Origin: Octopus vulgaris
Lineage: Eukaryota
Assembly: GCA_951406725.2 (NCBI GenBank)
Contig: OX597823.1
Span: 108,004,001 to 108,068,000 of the forward strand
Direction: 5' to 3'
DNA length: 64,000 nucleotides
Part shown: positions 54,352 through 64,000 of the stretch, piece by piece
Layout of the letters: each line of letters starts with the position of its first letter
How positions within the stretch are numbered: the stretch's first letter is position 1
Translations under genes and position numbers: made by a program
Notes under the pieces: model-generated
Told to the model about the DNA's origin: nothing
Database searches by the model: none
Seen by the model: the letters and a program-made list of their open reading frames with translations, nothing else

Positions 54352-55027
54352 TAGTAGTTCTCAAACTTTTTTCTCTGGGGGTCCACTTTTCGTATACCAC
54401 AAAATCCGGAACCCACTGGAATGAGGGCCCTCTTATTAGTACTACTGATTTGATAAAAGTAACCAGTTTTATGTTGCCTTGAAAAGATTAGTGTAGAGAA
54501 AGACAAACAAATCCGTCCCACTGCATAAATCCTTCTGTCCCTAAAAAGTTAAATTTTTCGTGTGGCATAGAAATTTCGAATTTTTCCAACAACTTGCATT
54601 GGTCCCTGATTTGAAACAAATTTAACCCCTCTCTGGTGTAGTCCAACATACCCATTTATGCCAATTTACCTTGACTCTTACCTAGTGGTCCTTGTAAGCG
54701 ATTATAACATTTTTGGAGGTACCGAACCCTAATCACGCCCACCAACCACTAACCCAACCCTTATCCAATTCACTTACAAAATTACAGCACAGTCAACATT
54801 CGTTCAATTGTCTTTAAACCCAAATGCGCATGTATAAGCGTATTGATCAACAAGCTGAGATATTTGCTCCGGCAAACCGCAACGGTCGCCAAAAGTAAAT
54901 AAGGTCAGATCTAGACATGCGCACTGACCGCAAGATCCGCACGGAACGCGACCTTATAACACACCTCAAAAATTCTGGGACCGACTAAAAATTTTCCGAG
55001 GCCTCCACCACCTTCAAGTGTTGACTG
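54352..55027. mobile_element. Possible old hAT-type non-autonomous element
   Basis: Starts tagtagttctcaaac (CAGTGGTTCTCAAAC-like); degenerate end ..gttgactg; loosely similar flanks atctaac/atttaac. Confidence 0.35.
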
Positions 55028-55145
55028 ATTTAACGTATGTGTCCTTGTGTCCTCTATGGTTTAAAGAGAGTAATATGATTTGAACGAAACCTGGCCACTA
55101 CTTCTAGCAAGTTGATTGACTGCATAACATCTTCTTCGTTGTCAT

Positions 55146-55204
<59 letters not shown>

Positions 55205-55446
55205 CAGTAGCAGCAGCAGCCGTTCAAGAATTTGGACTTGGAGATCTCCATTTCCAGCGACTTCCAGGGCCACCTCCCAGTGGTGTCGGGCGTCAACGAA
55301 GAGCCCTCGACTACAACAAGACGACCAAAGTTGTTTTTTTCTTTTTCCAAGGTCTGGGGTCTCCCGCCCCTAAGCCCTAGACCATCACCTAATCACCCTT
55401 ACCCGTCTTGATGCTTAACAACAGCAGCAGCAGCAGCAGCAGTAGC

Positions 55447-55481
<35 letters not shown>

Positions 55482-55809
55482 AAGCAGGAGCAGCAATAGT
55501 AGAAATTTAGCCTCTAATCAGCGTTCGAGCTCTGATCGTCCTTTTATATGTTCTTCACAAATTGCCTGTCAAAGATTCTTTAGTTGGGTGTGTGCGCGTA
55601 TTTATCATTCCTTCGAAAATATCCTAGAGATTTGACAACTATGTCGAACGACCACGTAGACGTTGTCTCGCTGGATGGTATTTATACGTCGGTATTTTTG
55701 GAAATTTTCACAAAGAAATATATTAAAAAAAAAAAAAATCCAAGGAACAGTTTTGTAGAATATCAAAGTGTTATTGTTTTTGTTGCTGGCATCGTCGCTA
55801 TTTGTCAAG

Positions 55810-56097
55810 GTGAGCGTTGTAAGGTCGTGTGTTTGATTCCCAGCCGCGCGTTGTGTCCTTGAGCAAGACACTTTATTTCACACTGTTCCTGTCCACTCAG
55901 CTGACAAAAATGAGTACCTGTAATTCAAAGGGCCAGTATTGTCACATTCTGTGTCACGCTGAATCTCCTTCAGAACTACGTTAAGGGTACACGGCTCTGT
56001 GGAACGCTCAATCCCTTGCACGTTTAATTTTACGAGCAGGCTGTTTCGTTGATCAAATCAACTGGAACACTCGTCGTCGTAACCGACGGAGAGCCAG
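55810..56097 (+). mobile_element. SINE family D, 5'-eroded
   Basis: Colinear with 40880-41164. Confidence 0.85.
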
Positions 56098-56139
56098 ACC
56101 AGGTTGCTATTGTTATTGTCGTTTTCGTTGTTGTTACTC

Positions 56140-56274
56140 TTTTACTATTTTACTTGTTTCAGTCATGTGACTGTGGTCATGCTGGAGCATCGCCTTTAGT
56201 CGAGCAAATCGACCCCAGGACTTATTCTTTGTAAGCCTAGTACTTATTCTATCGGCCTCTTTTGCCGAACCGCT
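56140..56274 (-). mobile_element. SINE family C tail fragment
   Basis: tacttgtttcagtcatgtgactgtggtcatgctggagc..tttgccgaaccgcta. Confidence 0.8.
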
Positions 56275-57700
56275 ATGACTTGGCACCTGGAGAGGCAAGT
56301 CCATACCGTCCAACTGTGTTGTGTGCGTTGGACAGACGATCCCGTTAAATTGCTCGGAGTTTCGTTTGGTCCGGACTTCCACGTGGGACGAGGTGACGAG
56401 CAGAGTAGCCAATCTCATCCAGAAATCGGCCGAGCGAGAGGAAGCTGTCCCTGCAAGGTAGAGTGGAGGTGGCGAATGCGTACATCGCGTCCGTCATCTA
56501 TTACCGCTTAACTGCCGGTCCTTTGCCTGTTTGCTGGTTGAGCAAGCTAGTGCGCTCACTCTCCGCCTTGTGTAGAAGGGTTGCGTTCCACTGGTCAGGC
56601 GTTCCATCTGCTATCAACAGCCACTGAATGGAGGGCTGGGCATGCGCTGAGGTCACGGCATCTCCAGCCTTTCCTTGACGGTGAACAGGTGTGGTCACCG
56701 TTTGTAAGAGACACTTTTCCACAAGCTCGTCTCTTTGACTGAGATGCAATCCTGGATTAGGTGTAGATCGAGGAGGGGCACTTGGAACCACGAGCGCCGT
56801 CAAGCGCTCACAACCCTCCTCCAAGCGGGAAATGCGGTCGGTGATAATTCAACTCTAGCGTTCTATAGAGGGCTAGTGGAGGGAAAGTGCGACGACTTTC
56901 TCGGGGAAACTCTTGGGCGTCAATGAAGATCAACTAACCGGTCTGTTTCGGAGAACTTTCGGGCCTGGGCCTTTCGATAATTTCCAGAAATCCCTTGCCT
57001 GGCAGCGCTACCTGTTCGGGATAAACTTTACTGGCACGGATGTGCCGTCAACCGGGCCGGCCAGATGTGCACCCAGAACGTTGAAAGCGTTCTGCACGTC
57101 CTAGTCCAATGCCCGAGTATTGCTGACCTGTGGGTTTATGTCGACCATCTGCTGTCGCGTGTAAGACGGATCCAGCTATCAGCTGAATCCATTGTGAGGA
57201 TTGCCCCACCACCCTCTTTTGGCCCGGAGGGGAAAGGCAATTTTTATTTGTCAAGTGGCTGTAGCGAAAGAAGTAGTATGGTGGACCCATTTGAAAGAGC
57301 TAAAGACAGGCACTTTCCTCTTTGGCCAAGGCCTCATAAATATTTTCAAGTTTCACTTGAAAAGGAAGTCGAAGGGGGAGAGGGAAGTGTTGGCTTGTAG
57401 CAAGTTTGTTGAAAGTGTTGGAAGAATGACCAGTGTGAAAGGACCAATTCTGAGCGTGCACCTGTAAAAAAAAAAGTAAAAGAGCTCTTGCCCTGCTGTT
57501 CAAGCATCCGTGGCTTTTGTGGGTTTTTCCACGCGGTCCTTAAAGCGCCTCCCCTATTGGGAGTTTTAATTTGTTTAAATGTTAATTGTTATTTATATTG
57601 TCTACACGTTGTAAAACCCATTATATCGCCCTGTTTTTATCTTTTATGTCAGGCTTTTTAATGTAATTCTATGTGAGCCCTTGTGGCCAATAAAAGAATT
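56275..57700 (+). mobile_element. Tx1/L1-clade LINE 3' remnant
   Basis: VKLLGVSFGP, RKLSLQGRVEVANAYIASVIYYRL, QQPLNGGLGM, ARCAP..ESVLHVLVQCP (CCHC-like), AKEVVWW; T-rich 3'UTR with AATAAA at ~57689. Confidence 0.85.
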
Positions 57701-58872
57701 AATTATTATTGTTGTTGTTGCATTTAAGATGGTAGAATATGACTTAAAGGGGACTTTGGTTACTGCTTTTAGCAAATCGGTGTATTCGTCTAAAATACTT
57801 TCACCAAGCAACGAACATCAAAGAGGGTTCAGAACAATAGTGAAAGAACAAAATTAGAAATGTTTTTTTGTTTTTACAAAAGTAATAAATAATAATAATA
57901 ATAATGGTGATGATGATGACGATGATTTGTTAAATAGGCACCAACCAAAAATTCTAAAATAATTAGTGGCAATAAAACATGATCGGTGTGAAAATGTAAA
58001 TTATATGCTAATTTAGGAAAAGGTTTCAAAGAGTAAACAAAGAAACTCAGGGAAAACTTAAGTAAATCAAAGAACCTGGCATGTATTAAATTAAATAGAA
58101 AAGAATGAAGAAAGAACGAACCATCGACTGTCTGTGTGTTGGCATATATGCGTTGAATCTTTTTTTAAATGGGAAATTGTGTGTAGTTTTGTGTAAGTAT
58201 ATATATGTATACATAAATGTTAAAATGCACACACACACTCATACGCTCACACACTCGCACACATGCATCTATACACACACACACACGACAGTTATAGATG
58301 TCACTCAGACATATTCACATGTCACATAAACACAAACGGATATAAACGAATGGTCCAACAAATTCCGGTAAAGTAGATTTAGTTACACATACGCACATCT
58401 AGCCATTACTATACTTGATATGTTCCCAGGTACGCATACATACATACATACATACATACATACATACATACATACATACATACATACATACACACAAAAA
58501 GACGACAGACAGGCAGAAAGACAGATAGATAGACAGATAGATAGATGGATAGACAGATAGATAGATGGATAGATAGATATACATGCATATTAACACATAT
58601 ACACACGCTCACATTCATACACACGCAACTCATTGCCATATATATTCCTGTGAGAATCCATACAAAGTTCTCAATATTTAAATAAAAGTATTACAATTTC
58701 TTCATTAACTTTATTGTTATAAAAAGACAACACTTACAACAATGAAAAACATCATCATCGTCATCATCATCATCATCAACGTCATCATCAACAACAATAG
58801 TAACAAAAGGAACAGTTCATTGTTTATATTATTTACATTTGACGGATATTTGTCCTCGTCTTGTTTGTTGTT

Positions 58873-58918
58873 AACACAACGTTTCGGCTGATATACTCTC
58901 TGGCCTTCATGAGGTGTC
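58873..58918 (-). ncRNA. Minimal type-I hammerhead motif with a mutated core, family H5 (element ~58815-58970)
   Basis: Minus strand: gacac-CTCATGA-a-ggc..gcc-GAAA-cg-TT-gtgtt; the G5C change probably inactivates it; palindromic AACGTT. Confidence 0.65.
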
Positions 58919-59791
58919 TTGGGGAAATTTTCAACCTGGGTTCTCATTCCTATGGTATTTTTCAATGTTGTTGTTGTTATTATTATTATTGAGTCAATTG
59001 AATCAGAGTTGATTTGTACTTGAAGTTGTATTTAACATTGAATGATCACAAGCTAAGTAATTAAACTAAGAAACCTCCATGATTATTGCAGCTTTCGTAT
59101 CGACTGGATTAAGTAGCAAAAACTGGCAACCCTCGGCTTCGGTCGCCGAATAAGGGATTCGGTGACGGGGTTGAAATATAATTTCTTTTACCTTTTTGTC
59201 TTTTTACTTTATTATTTTCATCTTAATTTCAGATCTACCATCAATAAAATATATTCGAAATATGACATATGAAAAGATCTCATTGATGTTCTCGGTATGA
59301 AGAAAATATAAAGTAAAATGTAGACTAACAAACTTAATGAGTTAACAATGAGTTTTTTTTTTATCCGTTTAAAGTTACATCTTTAATTAAAAGTCTGCGT
59401 TAATGATAAAAGTTTAACGTTGATTGTTAACACCCCAACGTATTCTGTAGAGCTGTGGTGAACAATACAACGGACACGATAACATTTATCGTAGCCAACA
59501 CCACAGCTTGCACCGTAACATACATTGCTGCTAACACTACAAAATGCAATACAACCAGTTACAATAAAATTGTTACAACAATGCAACATCGCAATATACA
59601 ACAATATACGAAATATGCTTTCTCCAGCACTGTTAGTAACACTATAAAATATATTGTTAATACGCTTGTTGCTAACATTACCACAAATACTGGAACATAC
59701 ATTGTTCCAAACAAAATGCTACAACTTGAATATATACATAGATGCATACACACGTATATGCGCTCGCGCGCGTGTGTAGTTAAGGTAAACT

Positions 59792-60241
59792 TATTTCTTT
59801 ATTGCCCACAAGGGGCTAAACATAGAGGGGCAAACAAGGGCAGTCAAAGGGATTAAGTCGATTACATCGACCCCAGTGTGTGAAAGGATGAAAGGCAAAG
59901 TCGACCTCGGTAGAATTTGAACTCAGAACGCAACGGCAGACGAAATGCCTATTTCTTTACTACCCACAAGGGGCCAAACACAGAGAGGACAAACAAAGAC
60001 AAACAAACGGATTAAGTCGATTATAACGACCCCAGTGCGTAACTGGTACTTATTTAATCGACCCCGAAAGGATGAAAGGCAAAGTCGACCTCGGCGGAAT
60101 TTGAACTCATAACGTAGCGGCAGACGAAATACCTATTTCTATTCCTTTAATGACCTCAAGGGGCTAAACATAGAGAGGACAAACAAGGACAGACAAACGG
60201 ATTAAGTCGATTACATCGACCCCAGTGCCAGCTTGCCGCCT
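59792..60241 (-). mobile_element. SINE family A trimer with internal deletions
   Basis: Junctions gacgaaatgcctatttcttta (~59940) and gacgaaatacctatttctatt (~60125). Confidence 0.9.
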
Positions 60242-60961
60242 GACATTTCAATAAACGCAGGGATATTTATAATTTAAAAAATATTTTTTCTTGATTTTCC
60301 TGTTTCATTTTTCGCTACTCAGTTGTCGCGTTTTTTCTTGTGAATCTTTGTAACTCGACTGAACTGTAAATGCTTGATTGCCATAAAGTTGCAACGTCGA
60401 TGCTGTACAACTGCCATGTAGAAGAGCCGTGAATGCTATTTAACTGCTAAGTGATTGCTATGTGAATGCTATTTACCGGCTTTATGGTTGCCATGCTATA
60501 ATGATATCGTGCGTTTAACTGCAGTGTGACAGACATTTGTTCACTGTTAAACTGTTGTTAGCTGTGTGACTACATATTAGCAGCATCATTTACATGTCTG
60601 ATTACTGTTTGACTGTTCTATCATAGCTAATTAAGTTTTCTGTTGTAACTCATGAGTAACTGCTATATGAATTCAAACTGGCTGTCAGTTATAACTTAAC
60701 TCTTTTCTACTTGGTTGGATTATTTATCTTATTTTCTGTTTGGGTAACACCTGAACGTTTAAAATTTAACAATGCAATACTGTAACTGCTAGACGAATAT
60801 CACTTGATTGCCACTTGTTTGCTGTTTGCTGTTGCTATTAATTGCCTGTTGTTTGTTTGTTGTTGGATTACGAGAACTACTGACAACTGTTTCACTACTT
60901 TGACTACTAAATGACTGTTGATTGACTACTGTAGCTGCTGACGACTAACTATATCTAAATA

Positions 60962-61079
60962 AAGGCGGCGAGCTGGCAGAAACGTTAGCACGCCGGGCGA
61001 AATGCTTAGCAGTATTTCGTCTGCCGCTACGTTCTGAGTTCAAATTCTGCCGAGGTCGACTTTGCCTTTCATCCTTTCA
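60962..61079 (+). mobile_element. SINE family A, 3'-truncated
   Basis: Head through gcctttcatcctttc only. Confidence 0.85.
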
Positions 61080-61094
61080 TGAATTTGGTGGATC

Positions 61095-61575
61095 TCGTCA
61101 GCGAAGGTCAAAGCTGCTAACCCGATTCTCCTGTTCGGCTCCTGGTCGAGTGAGAGGCCATGCGTAATTGTTGAGCCAAAGTACGTAAACTCACAGACCA
61201 CATCGAGCGAGTGGTTATCGATAGTAATGATGGAGGGATCCGAGACGCCTTGGCCCATTACCTTGCTCTTCTGTTGACTGATTGTTAGGCTGAAGGCACA
61301 GCCGCTCGGTTGAGATTGTCCATCATTGTTTGCAGTTGCAGTTCTAATTGAGCTACTAGAGCCGCGTCGTCGGTAAACAGCACCTCCCGAATGTAAACCC
61401 TGCGGATTTTGGTCTTCGCACTGAGCCTTCACAGATTGAATAGTTTACCGTCCGACCTTGTGAGGAGGCAAACGCCGTCGTTTTGCGTACATAATGTATA
61501 CTTCAGCATGACAGTGAAGCAGATGTTGAACAGGGTAGGAGCAAGCATGCATCCCTCTTTTACCCCTTTATACAG
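61095..61575 (-). mobile_element. RTE (BovB-like) LINE reverse transcriptase fragment
   Basis: GVKEGCMLAPTLFNI..RSDGKLFNL..LFTDDAAL..FSLTISQQKSKVMGQ..FTYFGSTI..RRIGLAA. Confidence 0.9.
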
Positions 61576-61585
61576 GTATAAAGGT

Positions 61586-61687
61586 ATACTATTGAACCTT
61601 GGCAGGGGCATTATGCCCGTAATAATAAGCACCAGTGCGTGTGTTTATTATTAGTGGCATAATGCCCCTCCCAAGGTTCAATAGTAT
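61586..61687. repeat. ~100-bp hairpin, a palindromic MITE-like element
   Basis: atactattgaaccttggcaggggcattatgcc / ggcataatgcccctcccaaggttcaatagtat, continuing taataataagcac / gtgtttattatta. Confidence 0.85.
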
Positions 61688-61871
61688 TTCTTTCAACACA
61701 CGAATTCACATCAATAATCTTGCAAATCAAATACAAATATGAACTATAAAGGTATATATATATATCGTTTATACTGGTATAAAGATATATATATATATAC
61801 TTATGTCTTATGTATATGTGTTTGTGCTGTTGTGCTTATATATGTGCATATAATATTAATACTGTGTGTAT

Positions 61872-62255
61872 TTAATTATTTAGTTTTATTTCAAGATTTC
61901 TTGCCAATAGAAAAAGCCGGTTTCTAACCTAGATCCAAGGCACCTTCATTGGAATTTCAACATCAACAACAGGGTATTTTTGTATGTTTGAATGTATACA
62001 TGCAAATTTGTAGGTTTTGTTTATGTATGTCTTCTCATGCATATACTTGCATACCTATACATGATAAACTTCTGGAAAGTTCTACAAATTTTTACAGTTC
62101 CAGTGATGACTTGGAATCTTTGAATCAGCTTTCTCCTTACTGGCTTTGAGAAGCCTAATTTCTCAAGATTGATATTTAGGCAGTGTGTTTCATATCCCAA
62201 TGCCTCAATAATTACAGGTATAAACCTGAACTTCTAATCTGGATAGAGGAAGTGC
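61872..62255 (-). mobile_element. RLE-type LINE 3' end (related to 45290-46250)
   Basis: KFRFIPVIIEALGY..EKLGFSKP..GTVK; the 3'UTR end ctaggttagaaaccgg..ggcaagaaatcttgaaataaaact also occurs at 25081-25136 (+). Confidence 0.8.
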
Positions 62256-62788
62256 AGATTTCTATGTAAGTATATATGTATGTATGTACGTATGCATGTA
62301 TGTATGTATGTATGAATGTATATATGTATGTATACCTATATATATATATATATATATGTACAAGTATAAAGGTATATATCCACATATGTTATATGTGTGT
62401 GTGTGTGTTTGTGCTGCTGTGCATATATATACTTATAACACTGATATATAATTGTGTGTGCATATTTATGTATGTATATATACCCATAGGTATGTAGCAT
62501 GTTACAAAATCGAAAATCAAGGGTGCAGATAAACAAAATAAATTTAACGATAAGAGTAATGTGGTTGGGTCGGGGCGGGGTTTGGAATACAAAGACTGTC
62601 CGTCGTGATTCGTGATGAAGGAAAAGCCCAAAACGAATGTAGATTGTTTTAATGAATATAGGTATTGTTATAAAAAAAATAGAGGAAACATGAGTGTTAG
62701 GGTGATGAAAGTGTTCATTGTGGCAAGAAATAATTGGTTTAGATCCATGATTTTAGTTAGAATTTAGAGAATTCATTATTATAATATA

Positions 62789-62834
<46 letters not shown>

Positions 62835-62935
62835 CACACTCACACAAACATATATTTATATATATGTGTGTGTATATATATGTATATGTGTATATATATA
62901 TATTTCTAAACATGTACATACACATATATGTGCGT

Positions 62936-62988
<53 letters not shown>

Positions 62989-63411
62989 TATATATACATG
63001 AATGTATATGTATATATATGTATATACATATCTCTATATATGTGTATATATCTATATATATAAATATATATATGTATATATATATGTATTTATCTGTATA
63101 TATATGTATATATATGTATGAGTGTATGCATATATGTATGCATGTACATTTGTGCATGTGTGTGCATAGTATATGCACAGTCTGTAATCTAGAATGGAAT
63201 TTCTCTGAGAAAATTCATGATTTAAAGAACTCAGAGAAAGCAATAAAATGTAAAAAAAAAAAATAATAATAAAAGGAATAATACAGACAAAAGGTGAAAA
63301 TGTAAAGAACATAACAAACAAATTAAATGAAAAAACACGAAAAATTCTGATAAAGTAAAAGCAAAAACGATCACAGTTGAAATGAGAAATAGAAATAAAA
63401 ATTTCTGAAAT

Positions 63412-63453
63412 GTATTACTATTATTATTATTATTATTATTATCATCATCATAT

Positions 63454-63499
<46 letters not shown>

Positions 63500-63510
63500 C
63501 ATCATCATAT

Positions 63511-63556
<46 letters not shown>

Positions 63557-63567
63557 CATCATCATAT

Positions 63568-63604
<37 letters not shown>

Positions 63605-63609
63605 CATAT

Positions 63610-63656
<47 letters not shown>

Positions 63657-63690
63657 AATAATAATAATAGTAATGATAATAATAATAATA
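63412..63690. repeat. (TTA)n/(TCA)n higher-order microsatellite switching to (TAA)n
   Basis: Unit (tta)n-tcatcatcatattca repeated about four times. Confidence 0.92.
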
Positions 63691-63966
63691 TAAAAAGTAC
63701 AAAAGAAAGTTGAAGAGAATTGATGGGTAAGAAAAAATATTGAAAGAAATCCTTGAAGATCTTTGAATAGAGAAAGGAAAGGTTAAAGAAAAAAAAAGGA
63801 AGTTGACGCATGCATAGACACACACATACATTTACATACGCTCGGAGTCATACATGCATATGCACATGTACAAATACATGCAATTATGTATTCATATAGT
63901 AATATTACCCACATGTAACTTTAATCATCATATACATGCACATATATATATATATATATCTATACC

Positions 63967-64000
<34 letters not shown>

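Noticed and set aside
61905-61975. Hammerhead-like ccaatga..gaaaccggc on the minus strand
   Set aside because: The core lacks G5 and stem II does not abut the core; better explained as the 3'UTR hairpin of the RLE LINE.
1-64000. Long ORFs rich in YI, CV, HT, MYVC, poly-N/L/I/K
   Set aside because: Translations of stop-free microsatellites, not genes.

Overview
AT-rich eukaryotic DNA, most likely from an octopus or other coleoid cephalopod. This is inferred from the recalled SINE families and the extreme microsatellite load, and is not verified. No intact host protein-coding gene is recognisable, and almost all ORFs in the track are translations of microsatellites. The window is a nest of decayed mobile elements: a mariner transposase, two Chapaev3-like (CMC) remnants, hAT and TA-flanked MITEs, a probable Helitron, fragments of R4/Dong-like, Tx1/L1, CR1 and RTE LINEs, a Penelope-like GIY-YIG fragment, and four tRNA-derived SINE families. 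The strongest unexplained signal is seven minimal type-I hammerhead ribozyme motifs from five unrelated short non-coding elements. Most sit in (TA)n tracts and some lie inside inverted repeats, which suggests a Penelope pLTR/retrozyme-like system. A second signal is a SINE that inserts as precise head-to-tail multimers and shares its 3' end with a Tx1-like LINE.
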